In this document: positions 10,337 to 19,668 of the stretch, in pieces
Layout of the letters: every line of letters begins with the position of its first letter
How positions within the stretch are numbered: position 1 is the first letter of the stretch
Assembly: GCA_963740085.1 (NCBI GenBank)
Contig: CAVUCU010000004.1
Location: forward strand, 160,001-224,000
Direction: 5' to 3'
Length of the DNA stretch: 64,000 bases
DNA from: Nitrospirota bacterium
GTDB lineage: Bacteria > Nitrospirota > UBA9217
Notes under the pieces: generated by a model
The model's database searches: none
Seen by the model: only the letters and a program-made list of their open reading frames with translations
Told to the model about the DNA's origin: nothing
Program-made: the position numbers and the translations under genes

Positions 10337-11239
10337 ATGTTTACCCAGCAACTCATAAACGGTCTTGCACTCGGCGCGGTGTATGCACTCATCGCCCTCG
10401 GGTACACCATGGTATACGGCATCCTCCAACTCATCAACTTCGCGCACGGCGAGGTATACATGCTCGGAGCGTATCTCGGGATCATCGTTCTCGGCGTACT
10501 GACCCACCTCGGGTTTACGGCATACAGCCTGCCGCTGTCGCTCCTGCTCACGGTTATCATATCGATGGCATTCTGTGCAGCGTACGGGGCGGTCATTGAA
10601 CGCGTTGCCTACCGGCCTCTCAGAAATGCATCAAAACTCGCGCCGCTTATCAGCGCCGTGGGCATGTCGATCATCCTCCAGAATTTTGTGATGCTTGCCC
10701 AGGGCAAGGAATACAAGAACCTGCCGCCCATGCTCCCTTCGGAAGGTTTTACCCTCTTCGGCGCCAATGTCTCACCGGTACAGATCTTCATCCTGACCGC
10801 GTCGGTACTGATCATGGTCGGTCTCCAATTCTTTGTTAAGAGAACACGGCTTGGCAAGGCCATGCGCGCTACCTCGCAGGACAGGGTCATGGCCGGCCTC
10901 GTGGGCATCAATATTAACCAGGTCATTTCGATCACCTTCATGATCGGCTCTTCACTTGCGGCCGTGGCGGGTGTGATGGTGACGCTGTATTACGGGGTGG
11001 TGCACTTCTTCATGGGCTATCTTGCCGGCATCAAGGCCTTCACCGCTGCCGTGCTCGGCGGAATCGGCAGCATTCCCGGCGCCATGCTCGGCGGGTTCAT
11101 GCTCGGGCTTATCGAGAACTTCGGAGCGAGCTACATCTCGAATGTATATAAAGATGCCTTTGCATTTTTCGTCCTCATCATAACGCTCGTCATCCGTCCC
11201 GCGGGACTGCTGGGACAGAAGTCGATAGATAAAGTGTAA
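10337..11239 (+). CDS. livH: branched-chain amino acid ABC transporter permease
   Basis: QQLINGL, LIALGYTMVYGILQLINFAHGE, KAFTAAVLGGIGSIPGA. Confidence 0.93.
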   Translation: MFTQQLINGLALGAVYALIALGYTMVYGILQLINFAHGEVYMLGAYLGIIVLGVLTHLGFTAYSLPLSLLLTVIISMAFCAAYGAVIERVAYRPLRNASKLAPLISAVGMSIILQNFVMLAQGKEYKNLPPMLPSEGFTLFGANVSPVQIFILTASVLIMVGLQFFVKRTRLGKAMRATSQDRVMAGLVGININQVISITFMIGSSLAAVAGVMVTLYYGVVHFFMGYLAGIKAFTAAVLGGIGSIPGAMLGGFMLGLIENFGASYISNVYKDAFAFFVLIITLVIRPAGLLGQKSIDKV

Positions 11240-11335
11240 GGTGAACAAATATCAAAACACAAGCGCCAAATCACAAGCAAGCACCAATTACCAAGTCCCG
11301 GCAGGCTGTTGAAGACATCAATGAACACCAATAAG

Positions 11336-11405
11336 GTCATTCTGAGCGCAGCGAAGAATCTCGCGTTCCCTGATATTTGAGATCCTTCACTTCGTTCAGG
11401 ATGAC
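11336..11405. repeat. GTCATTCTGAG-type palindromic (REP-like) element
   Basis: GTCATTCTGAGCGCAGCGAAGAATCTC-N16-GAGATCCTTCACTTCGTTCAGGATGAC, imperfect 27-bp stem. Confidence 0.85.
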
Positions 11406-11487
11406 GGCAGAAGGGCGCTTTCCAGGACAGCCACTAAACGTTCTAGTTATTATTTGTAATTTTGGATTTCACTCAATGGAGGGTTTC

Positions 11488-12780
11488 ATGTCTGATCTCA
11501 AGAAGATGTACAAGACCATCATGTCCGACAATTTTCCACCCGAGATGACCATTACCTTCGGCGATCAGAAGCTGACATACCGCAAGCGATCATGGAAGAT
11601 CGCCGAAGAGGGGACCGGAGAGCTCATCGAGAAAGGCCTGCGCTATGGCGAGAATCCCGACCAGCAGGCCGCCATGTACCAGCTGGTAAGCGGAAATCTC
11701 CTGCTCGCGGGTGTCAAGTTCATAGGACCCGGCAACGGTCTCGTGAGCGCTATCACCGAGGAACAGATGGTCCAGGCCGGGAAACATCCCGGCAAGACAA
11801 ATTTTACCGATCTTGACAATGCCCTCAATATCCTGAAGTATCTGATGGACCGCCCCGCAGCGGCCATCATGAAGCACAATAATCCCTGCGGCGTGGCTTA
11901 TGGAAATACCGTGGCGGAGGCATACGATCGGGCAAACATGGCGGACCGCATCGCGGCGTTCGGCGGCTGTCTGGCGGTCAACAGGCCGATGGATAAGCAG
12001 ACTGCCGAGATGGCGAATGCGAACTATCTGGAGGTTGTCGCCGCGCCCGACTATGAAGACGGCGCTGTCGGGATTTTGTCGAAACGAAAGAATCTGCGCA
12101 TCATTAAACTCGAAAAGATCAACGAACTCGCAAAATACCGTGACATGAGCTTTGTGGAATTCAAGGCCCTGATCGACGGCGGCATTATCGTCCAGCAATC
12201 CCAAAAGAATGCGATCCGGAAGAAGGAGGATTTTCAGGAAGCAAAGACGCTCTCCAAAGGCAAGGAATACAGGATCGAACGGAAACCGACGGACCGGGAA
12301 TACGACGACATGCTGTTCGGCTGGAACGTGGAACAGGGGATCACCTCCAATTCGGTCATCTATGTGAAAGACGGCGTCACCGTCGGCATCGGGACCGGAG
12401 AGCAGGACCGGGTTGGTGTTGCCGAGATCGCTATCTTCAAGGCCTATACGAAATATGCGGACGCGCTCTGCTTCAAGAAATACGGGATGCCCTACAAAAC
12501 ATTCGAGTTGGAAGCAAGCCAGGGGAAACGGGACAAGGGGGCGCTCAAGGAGATCGATGATCAGACCAGGAAGGATAAGGGTGGACTGATCGGTTCCACC
12601 ATGGTCTCGGATGCATTTTTCCCGTTCCGGGACGGTGTGGACGTAGGCATCAAGGAAGGCATAACAGCGATCGTGCAACCCGGCGGATCGGACCGCGATT
12701 TCGATGTCATCACGGCCTGCAACGAAGCAAACCCCACGGTGACCATGGTGTTTACCGGCCAACGGGTGTTCAAACATTAA
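11488..12780 (+). CDS. purH: AICAR transformylase (PurH C-terminal domain only)
   Basis: LRYGENPDQ, KHNNPCG, AAFGG, SDAFFPFRDG, QPGGS, FTGQRVFKH; no N-terminal MGS-like domain; GGAGG before ATG 11488. Confidence 0.85.
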   Translation: MSDLKKMYKTIMSDNFPPEMTITFGDQKLTYRKRSWKIAEEGTGELIEKGLRYGENPDQQAAMYQLVSGNLLLAGVKFIGPGNGLVSAITEEQMVQAGKHPGKTNFTDLDNALNILKYLMDRPAAAIMKHNNPCGVAYGNTVAEAYDRANMADRIAAFGGCLAVNRPMDKQTAEMANANYLEVVAAPDYEDGAVGILSKRKNLRIIKLEKINELAKYRDMSFVEFKALIDGGIIVQQSQKNAIRKKEDFQEAKTLSKGKEYRIERKPTDREYDDMLFGWNVEQGITSNSVIYVKDGVTVGIGTGEQDRVGVAEIAIFKAYTKYADALCFKKYGMPYKTFELEASQGKRDKGALKEIDDQTRKDKGGLIGSTMVSDAFFPFRDGVDVGIKEGITAIVQPGGSDRDFDVITACNEANPTVTMVFTGQRVFKH

Positions 12781-12960
12781 TGAAGCCTTGCAAAGTTGTG
12801 CTGACGATACAACCCTCAAGCCTGGGCGGGATTTGATCTCAAACAGGCATGTGGTTCTTTATTTCAGAGGAGTATACCGTGATGCGAAAGAACGCCACGT
12901 ACGGGACACGCGTATTCCCGGGTCCCCCGAAGCGGCATAATTGTCACGGCCATCCGTGCT

Positions 12961-13740
12961 TTACTTCAACGCCCTGATCTCCGGAAGCTTTTCCTCAGCA
13001 GCCTTTTTGCCGCGCTTCAGCAATTCCTTTGATTTCGACAGATCATAGAGGGGGATTCCCCCCGCATTCACCTGAATAAGGACATCAGCAAGCTTTTCCT
13101 CTTCCCGCGCATTCCGTGACGCCCAGAGTGCAGAAAGGTGCGCCGCGATCTTTATGATATTGTCAAACTGCTCCAACTCAAGCGCTTTATGATTCACGTT
13201 TACCGCGACGACTTTTCGCAGGCCCAATTCATTCCGCACCGTCCTGACCGGTATCTGGCTGGAAACGCCGCCATCGACGAGGGTTTTCCTGTTGATCTCC
13301 GTTGGCGTAAAAATGACCGGCAGGCTGCAGCTGGCCTGGACCGCCCTGGCGATCGATCCGCTCGTGATCACGACCTTCTCACCGCTACGGAGGTCTGTGG
13401 CGACTGCGGCAAAGGGGAGGGGGAGGGAGGAGAACTTTTTAACCGGAAGGATGTCTTCCATGAACTGGAAGATCCCTTCGCTTGATATGAGGCCTGTACG
13501 GGGGACGGTAAATTTAAGCACATCCTTCCATCTGGTGCCCAGAAGAATGCGCCGGATCTCCGAGACGGACATGCCGGCGCAATAGAGAGCGCCGATGATG
13601 CTGCCGGAGCTGGTTCCGGCTATGGCGTGAATGGGCACCCCATCCTGCTCCAGGACGTCCAGTACGGCGATATGGGCGATGCCACGTGCTGCACCGCCCG
13701 AGAGGGCCAGTCCGATTCCGGGATTTGACGATGGGGTCAT
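12961..13740 (-). CDS. patatin-like phospholipase
   Basis: LSGGAARG, GTSSG nucleophile, DGG. Confidence 0.92.
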   Translation of the reverse strand: MTPSSNPGIGLALSGGAARGIAHIAVLDVLEQDGVPIHAIAGTSSGSIIGALYCAGMSVSEIRRILLGTRWKDVLKFTVPRTGLISSEGIFQFMEDILPVKKFSSLPLPFAAVATDLRSGEKVVITSGSIARAVQASCSLPVIFTPTEINRKTLVDGGVSSQIPVRTVRNELGLRKVVAVNVNHKALELEQFDNIIKIAAHLSALWASRNAREEEKLADVLIQVNAGGIPLYDLSKSKELLKRGKKAAEEKLPEIRALK

Positions 13741-13769
13741 GATATGCCTGATTGGGATCGTGGTGGTTA

Positions 13770-13950
13770 AGCAGGTGTTTAGGGTGAAGACTGAATTCAG
13801 GTTATTAGGTTGACGGCTGAAGGAAGTGCAGGTTGTTCAGATGAAGGCGGAAGGCTGACGTAACCTAAAAATCTTCCCCTTCAGTCTAACCCCTTCAGCC
13901 TACCCACCTGATTTTTCCTCTCCCCCTTCAGTCTCTCCACCTGACTGCCC
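13770..13950. repeat. long imperfect palindrome, CTGAAG/CTTCAG family
   Basis: Several GACTGAA/GGCTGAAGG units on the left, CCTTCAGTCT/CCTTCAGCC units on the right; related to 6882 and 28311. Confidence 0.6.
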
Positions 13951-13972
13951 TGCACCGAACAGGACATAGCGT

Positions 13973-14575
13973 TTATTTACTCGAAAGTCTATTAACCGCG
14001 TTTTTGATGTGCGCTCCCACGTCCTCAAATGCGTAGAGGATGCACAAATAGGTCGAAGAGGATTTGGGCGAGCATTCGCCCGTTACGAGCCTGTCTTCGT
14101 GGGCGGTTGCGAAATTGTTGGCCATGCGCTCCATGGCGTCGGCATCGGCAATCGTCGATTCGATGGCGGCCTGGGCGCCCGTAATTGCGGCCTCGGAAGA
14201 CTTTTTGAGCACGTCCCTGGTCAAGGCGAAGAGTTTGCCGGTCTCATTGACGGCTTTGTCACTGAAGAGCAGGCCTTCCCTGATCCGCGTTCGACTGCTC
14301 TCGGTGATGCGCTTGATGATGGTGGCGATCTTTTCAATATGGGAGGGAACCGTGAGGAGCATCCGCGCCTCATTGTTCGTTGAGGCCATTTTCGCGAGCG
14401 TGGCGGTCAGGACGTCTTCCCTGGCATGGATCTCCTTTACGAGCTCATCGGCCTGATCCAGGGAGGCAAGCTTGTTCTTCATGAACCCCTCTTCCACCAG
14501 TTCGAGCATCTCCTGTGCCTTGTGCATCGACAAGTATATTTCTTTTTTAAGGTCCTTTATTGTTTGTTCCGGCAT
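13973..14575 (-). CDS. PhoU domain protein (Na/Pi cotransporter C-terminal-like)
   Basis: All-helical; LLFSDKA and HEDRLVTGECSPKSS motifs; AGGAG before ATG 14575. Confidence 0.75.
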   Translation of the reverse strand: MPEQTIKDLKKEIYLSMHKAQEMLELVEEGFMKNKLASLDQADELVKEIHAREDVLTATLAKMASTNNEARMLLTVPSHIEKIATIIKRITESSRTRIREGLLFSDKAVNETGKLFALTRDVLKKSSEAAITGAQAAIESTIADADAMERMANNFATAHEDRLVTGECSPKSSSTYLCILYAFEDVGAHIKNAVNRLSSK

Positions 14576-14812
14576 ATGATGAACGCTCCTTTCGATTGAC
14601 CCTGAAACTCTCCCGCAGGTGATGTGCAAAATTTAGGAGACTATATCAGAAAAACACCGAGATGACATGTTAATTTTATTTATGACAATATATTAATGTT
14701 TAATAGATTTTGCTTTTCTGCAGGCACTCCGGGATGACCACGGCCGCGCGTTGAATCGCTTCTATGTCTATAAATATTTTAGCATATTTTGTTTTGCCCG
14801 GCGGATTTTTTC

Positions 14813-14841
14813 TTGACTTAACCAGAGGCCGCTGGTATAAC
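14813..14841 (+). promoter_or_regulatory. sigma70-type promoter
   Basis: TTGACT-N17-TATAAC upstream of ATG 14880. Confidence 0.6.
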
Positions 14842-14879
14842 CTACATCATTAAACAATATCCTTTGCAGCGGAGCGATC

Positions 14880-16145
14880 ATGCCCTTTTTCGCAGAAGAA
14901 ATCTTTATCAGCGAGGTCTATAAGAAGCCGGTACTTGACCAGACGGGTGAGGAGATCGGGAAGCTCAAGGACATTATCGTGGGCTTGGGAGAGCTTTTTC
15001 CTGCGGTAACCTCCGTGGTCATTTCATCCGGCCAGGACACCTATCTCGTGCCCTGGGACATGATCAATCTTTTCAACCGACGCGTCATTTCGGTGAATGC
15101 GCGTATGGACGCCTTGAAACCCTCCGAGATCGCCTCGTCCGACATTCTCATATTCCGGGACCTTCTTGACAAACAGATCGTCGATATTAACGGCGCCAAG
15201 CTGGTGCGTGTCAATGACCTCGAACTCGGAGAGGTGAAGGGCAGACTCTGCCTGGTTGCCGCGGACATCGGTCTCCGGGGGCTCCTGCGCAGGCTCGGCG
15301 TGGAAAAACGCGGGGAAAAATTCCTTGCACTGCTCAAGTACAAACTCCAGCATAAGCTTATTTCCTGGACCTATGTCCAGACCGTGGAACCAAAGTTGAC
15401 ACGGCTGACCCTGAGGGTCTCGCGCCAGAAAGTTTCGAGTCTTCACCCTGCGGACCTTGCCGAGATCATCAGCGAAGTTTCCCAGAAAGAGCGGACGGCC
15501 ATGTTCGGCAGCCTCGATGTGGACACGGCCGCCGAGGCGCTGCACGAACTTGAACCCCGGGTCCAGGCTGACATCATCGACGAAATGTCCAGGGAACGGG
15601 CGTCCGATATCCTCGAGCGCATGCCGCCCGACGAGGCCGCGGACGTGCTCGGCGACCTGCCCGAGGCCAAGGCGCAGGAACTCATCAACCTCATGGAGAA
15701 GGAAGAGGCCGAGGATGTCCAGGAACTCATGGAGCACGAGGACAACACGGCGGGTGGTCTCATGACCACCGAATTCCTGGCATTCCCGCCGGACATGACC
15801 GTGGAAGAGGCGATCAAGGAACTGCGGCTCGAAGCGCCGGACGTGGAGACGATCTACTATCTGTATATCGTGGACCAGGACGAGCATGTCAACGGAGTGG
15901 TGTCCCTCAAGAACCTTATCCTCGCCATGCCGCAAGCTTTGCTGGGCGATATCATGCTTACGCCGGTCAAAACGCTTCCGCTCGATGCCGAACAAGAGGA
16001 CGTGGCCGAGTTCATCTCGAAGTACAACCTGCTTGCCGCACCGGTGGTGGATGAGAACGCCGCGATCCGCGGGATCGTGACCGTGGACGATGTGCTGGAT
16101 TTCCTCTTGCCGACCGCCTCGCGAAAGAAACGAAGAAGACTGTAA
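14880..16145 (+). CDS. MgtE intracellular N-domain/CBS protein with PRC-barrel-like N-terminus, no membrane domain
   Basis: LHPADLAEI, MPPDEAADVL, TAGGLMTTE, GIVTVDDV; ends without TM segments. Confidence 0.88.
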   Translation: MPFFAEEIFISEVYKKPVLDQTGEEIGKLKDIIVGLGELFPAVTSVVISSGQDTYLVPWDMINLFNRRVISVNARMDALKPSEIASSDILIFRDLLDKQIVDINGAKLVRVNDLELGEVKGRLCLVAADIGLRGLLRRLGVEKRGEKFLALLKYKLQHKLISWTYVQTVEPKLTRLTLRVSRQKVSSLHPADLAEIISEVSQKERTAMFGSLDVDTAAEALHELEPRVQADIIDEMSRERASDILERMPPDEAADVLGDLPEAKAQELINLMEKEEAEDVQELMEHEDNTAGGLMTTEFLAFPPDMTVEEAIKELRLEAPDVETIYYLYIVDQDEHVNGVVSLKNLILAMPQALLGDIMLTPVKTLPLDAEQEDVAEFISKYNLLAAPVVDENAAIRGIVTVDDVLDFLLPTASRKKRRRL

Positions 16146-16191
16146 CCCTATTGACGCAGCATTGTCTGAGCATCGGAGCATAAAAAAAATG

Positions 16192-16325
16192 GTATCTACT
16201 CAGGTCAAAATCTAATAGCCGCGAAAGAACGCAAGGAACGCAGAAAAATATTTAAAACCGAAATTATGATTTTTGGTTTTTCTTTGAGTTCTTTGTGTTC
16301 TTTTGCGGCAAGCCTGAGCAGTTAC
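16192..16325 (-). mobile_element. MITE copy A (134 bp, GTAACTGCTCAGG terminal inverted repeats)
   Basis: Reverse complement aligns end to end with 27584-27714 and 23056-23189. Confidence 0.8.
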
Positions 16326-16382
16326 GAAAAATCACGAACATCCTGCCTTCACCAGCCGCAGGTGTCTGGAGATGAACAACCG

Positions 16383-17636
16383 GTGAAGTTTGTTGAGTGG
16401 ATAAAAAAAATAAAGGACAGACGGATCTTCCTGATCCTTGCCGTGATCGGACCTGGAGTGATCGCCGGGAACGCCGGGAACGACGCCGGCGGGATAGCCA
16501 CGTATTCCATCGTCGGCGCCCGGGAGGGCTATGGTCTTCTGTGGGTCCTGGTCCTTCTTATGGGGGCCCTGGCCGTGGTCCAGGAAATGTCATCGCGAAT
16601 GGGTGTGGTGACCGGGAAAGGGTTCGGGGACCTGGTGAGGGAGCAGTTCGGCGTCAGGGTCACGCTCGGCATCATGCTGCTGTTCATCGTCGCCAATCTC
16701 ACCGTCACGATCGCAGAATTTGCCGGCATAGCGGCCAGCATGGAGTTGTTCGGCGTGCATAAGAACATCTCCGTTCCCCTTTCTGCCTTTCTGGTATGGC
16801 TCGTGGTCGTCAAGGGGAACTTCAAACAGGTGGAGCGGTTCCTTCTCTTGATCAGCATGATCTATTTGACCTATGTGGTCTCCGGTGTCATGTCGAATCC
16901 TCCCTGGCACGAAGTTGCACGGCAGATCGCGCTCCCCCGCATCAGGATGGACAGCGACTATATTCTTCTCTTCATCACCATGGTAGGAACGACGATCACA
17001 CCATATATGCAGTTTTACCTCCAGTCGGCGGTCGTTGACAAGGGAGTGCGGATCGAAGAATACGGGTATGCCAAGTTCGATGTCTATGCCGGTGCCTTCA
17101 TGACCATATTCATCGCGTTCTTTATTGTCCTTGCCACGGGGACGATACTCCATCCGGCGGGTGTCATAGTTGATTCTGCGGAAGACGCCGCCCAAGCTTT
17201 GAGGCCTCTTGCAGGTCCGTTCGCTTCACAGCTGTTCGCCGTGGGTCTCTTGAACGCGTCTGTCCTGGCTGCTTTCGTTCTTCCTCTGGCAACGGCCTAT
17301 GGTTTATCCGAGGCATTCGGCTGGGAGTCGGGGGTCAATAAATCCTTTCGCGAAGCGCCGCAATTTCTGGGCTTCTACACAGCCTTTATCGTGATCGGAG
17401 CGGGGGTGATCATGATCCCGAATGCGCCGCTCATTAAGATCATGTTCCTGTCCCAGACCGTGAACGGCATCCTGCTGCCCTTCGTGCTCATTATCATGTT
17501 GAAACTGGTGAACGATCCGACAATCATGGGAGAATACGTCAATTCGAGGAGAATGAACATCATTGCCTGGATCACCATTTCCGTCCTTATCCTGCTGACG
17601 GTTCTGCTGCTTGTCACCAGTTTTGCGATGGACTGA
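16383..17636 (+). CDS. NRAMP-family divalent cation transporter (probable Mg2+ NRMT-type)
   Basis: GPG...GNDAGG in place of DPGN, QEMSSRMG, GTTITPY, about 11 TM helices; GTG 16383 chosen because the upstream extension reads through the MITE. Confidence 0.88.
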   Translation: MKFVEWIKKIKDRRIFLILAVIGPGVIAGNAGNDAGGIATYSIVGAREGYGLLWVLVLLMGALAVVQEMSSRMGVVTGKGFGDLVREQFGVRVTLGIMLLFIVANLTVTIAEFAGIAASMELFGVHKNISVPLSAFLVWLVVVKGNFKQVERFLLLISMIYLTYVVSGVMSNPPWHEVARQIALPRIRMDSDYILLFITMVGTTITPYMQFYLQSAVVDKGVRIEEYGYAKFDVYAGAFMTIFIAFFIVLATGTILHPAGVIVDSAEDAAQALRPLAGPFASQLFAVGLLNASVLAAFVLPLATAYGLSEAFGWESGVNKSFREAPQFLGFYTAFIVIGAGVIMIPNAPLIKIMFLSQTVNGILLPFVLIIMLKLVNDPTIMGEYVNSRRMNIIAWITISVLILLTVLLLVTSFAMD

Positions 17637-17639
17637 TAT

Positions 17640-18350
17640 TTACCGGTGCTGGTTCGGGATCTCTTCGTACGGAATCGGATCGTTCACTCCCGCCCCTTTG
17701 AATCCCTTTAACCGCAATATACAGCTTTCGCACCTGCCGCAGGCCCGGTCGTTGTTCTGGTAGCAGCTCCAGCTCAGATGAAGCGGCGCGCGGCGGTTCA
17801 TGCCTTCTTTCACGATGGCCGACTTCTTGAGATGGATGAGGGGCGTGATGATCTCGATCCGCGTTTCCGGCTTCGTTCCCATCTCAATGACCTTGTTGAA
17901 CGCCCGATAAAACACCTCGCGGCAGTCGGGATAGCCTGAGCTGTCCTCTTCGACGGCGCCGATGAAGATCTTCGTCGCGCCGATGACCTCTGCCCAGGAA
18001 ACGGCGATGGAAAGGAGATGGGCATTCCGGAAGGGGACGTAGGTCGCAGGAATTCCGGATTGGGGATTTTGGATCGCGGATTGAGAAGGGTCAACTTCAG
18101 GAACGGGGATATTTTCGTCCGTCAGGGCGGAGCCGCCGATCACCTTCAAATGCTCGATGCTGATCGTCAGGCGTTTTCCGACCTTGTAATGATCCGCTAT
18201 TTCACTGAACGCCCGCAGTTCTCTCGCTTCGGTCCTCTGCCCATAGTTCACATGCAGGAACGCCATCCGGTATTCTTCATGCGCTACTGCCGCCGTGACG
18301 CAACTGTCCATGCCGCCGCTGACGAGTACAATCGCAAGTTCGTTCTTCAT
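17640..18350 (-). CDS. queC: 7-cyano-7-deazaguanine synthase
   Basis: SGGMDS, YGQR, YVPFRN, GYPDCR, SWSCY...CGRCESC. Confidence 0.96.
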   Translation of the reverse strand: MKNELAIVLVSGGMDSCVTAAVAHEEYRMAFLHVNYGQRTEARELRAFSEIADHYKVGKRLTISIEHLKVIGGSALTDENIPVPEVDPSQSAIQNPQSGIPATYVPFRNAHLLSIAVSWAEVIGATKIFIGAVEEDSSGYPDCREVFYRAFNKVIEMGTKPETRIEIITPLIHLKKSAIVKEGMNRRAPLHLSWSCYQNNDRACGRCESCILRLKGFKGAGVNDPIPYEEIPNQHR

Positions 18351-18500
18351 GAACGTAGTCTACCAGTATCGTTCTGGAAATTCTACAGCTTTTTAGCGCG
18401 AGGTGATTGACGAGGAACGAAGGACGGGGGACAACGCGAGAGAGGTTACGTCTCTCGTCCTGCGAGCGAAGCAAACAGTTGTCCACCGTCCGTTGTTAAT

Positions 18501-18638
18501 TCAATGCGCCCCGTGTATGAGCATGGGGAGACATCGCGTGCAGACGACCTTTTCTTCACCTTCATGATAACAGGGGAGGTACACCCTGGTCTTGTCGTCA
18601 GTCCCGCACACAAAACATTTGATCTCTCTGTCTGCCAT
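18501..18638 (-). CDS. 45-aa CxxC...CxxC small metal-binding protein (absent from the ORF track)
   Basis: Manual translation MADREIKCFVCGTDDKTRVYLPCYHEGEEKVVCTRCLPMLIHGAH; ATG 1 nt after the upstream stop, with GGAGGG SD. Confidence 0.8.
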   Translation of the reverse strand: MADREIKCFVCGTDDKTRVYLPCYHEGEEKVVCTRCLPMLIHGAH

Positions 18639-18639
18639 A

Positions 18640-18855
18640 TTATCCCTCCAACGCTGCATTGACCTCGGCGACGATCTTGTTCGGGTCGAGATTGTGCATC
18701 ATCGAGCCGAAGGACAATGATTCCACATTGATCCCCGCGCAGGTGAAGCACCCGTTGCCGAAATATTTCTCGATCACCGCCTTGGCAGCCGGGCTCATGC
18801 GGATCACGTCTCCGATGAGCGTGTCCTTTGTGACTGTTTTCTTTTCCGCAAGCAT
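18640..18855 (-). CDS. DUF1858-like small protein
   Basis: VTKDTLIGDVI...FGNGCFTCAG...MMHNLD pattern; GGAGG SD. Confidence 0.8.
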   Translation of the reverse strand: MLAEKKTVTKDTLIGDVIRMSPAAKAVIEKYFGNGCFTCAGINVESLSFGSMMHNLDPNKIVAEVNAALEG

Positions 18856-18893
18856 AATTGCCTCCTTTGATATTCTGTCATAAGCCAAGACTT

Positions 18894-18957
18894 ACCACAG
18901 AGCACTCAGAGAAGGAATTAAAGGTTTTACCATGCATGCTTCTGTGTCCTCTGTGGT
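18894..18957. repeat. palindromic element, ACCACAGAG family
   Basis: ACCACAGAG...CTCTGTGGT perfect 9-bp arms. Confidence 0.75.
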
Positions 18958-19011
18958 TCGATTATTGCCGTCATTTGTTAACCATATTCTACCAGAACCA
19001 TCATCCGTGCG

Positions 19012-19029
19012 TTATGACCTGCATCATAT
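19012..19029. promoter_or_regulatory. Crp/Fnr-type operator between divergent promoters
   Basis: TATGA-N6-TCATA; extended -10 elements on both strands (TGnTAGAAT minus at 18986-18994, TGnTATAGT plus at 19041-19049). Confidence 0.65.
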
Positions 19030-19125
19030 ATCATGATCTGTGGTATAGTATGAGCCAAGTCATAGCTGTTCCGGTCCCGTTGCCCTATACTGAGGGCAAC
19101 GCATTACTCGGGGAGGTAATTCATT

Positions 19126-19539
19126 ATGGACAAGTTCGTAAAGGGGTTTATCGTCATGAGTGTCGTGTATCTCGGCGTCGCAGCCGTCATGGGGATCGTC
19201 ATGCTCGCGAACCAGGACGTGATGGCGCTCAAGTTCGTTCATTCGCATCTGAACATGCTCGGTTGGGTATCGATGATGATCTACGGGGTTGGTTATCATA
19301 TCCTGCCGCGGTTCATGGGCAGGACGCTGTACAGCAATAGGATCGGCGAGGCTCAGTTCTACCTTGCGAACATCTCTCTGGTGGCCATGCTCCTGTTCTA
19401 TGCCCTGAATGTCTACAATCCGAGCGATCTGTATCGGACCATTACCGTTGCATCCGGAGCGGTCCAGGCGCTCGCCATCTTTCTCTTCCTTTACAATATG
19501 CTGATGACGCTGCTCACCAAGGTTGAACAGCCTCATTAA
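19126..19539 (+). CDS. 4-TM membrane protein with HxH motif (heme-copper oxidase subunit I fragment-like)
   Basis: VHSHLNMLGWVSMMIYGVGYHILPRF; GGAGG SD. Confidence 0.75.
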   Translation: MDKFVKGFIVMSVVYLGVAAVMGIVMLANQDVMALKFVHSHLNMLGWVSMMIYGVGYHILPRFMGRTLYSNRIGEAQFYLANISLVAMLLFYALNVYNPSDLYRTITVASGAVQALAIFLFLYNMLMTLLTKVEQPH

Positions 19540-19551
19540 GAAAGGCACTTT

Positions 19552-19659
19552 TCTCACAGAGACGCAGAGTTTTTAGAGAAAAAATCAATAAAGGTCCTTG
19601 GTTTAAAGCAAGCTTCAGAGGTTTTAATTTACCTCTGCGTCTCCGCTCGCTCTGCGAGA
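19552..19659. repeat. palindromic element, CACAGAG/CGCAGAG family
   Basis: CTCACAGAGACGCAGAG ... CTCTGCGTCTC..CTCTGCGAG between convergent genes. Confidence 0.7.
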
Positions 19660-19668
19660 GACGCCCTT

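Noticed and set aside
16266-16382. N-terminal extensions in the ORF track for the NRAMP gene (also purH from 11377 and glmS from 47313)
   Set aside because: They are read-through of upstream repeat elements; better starts lie downstream.
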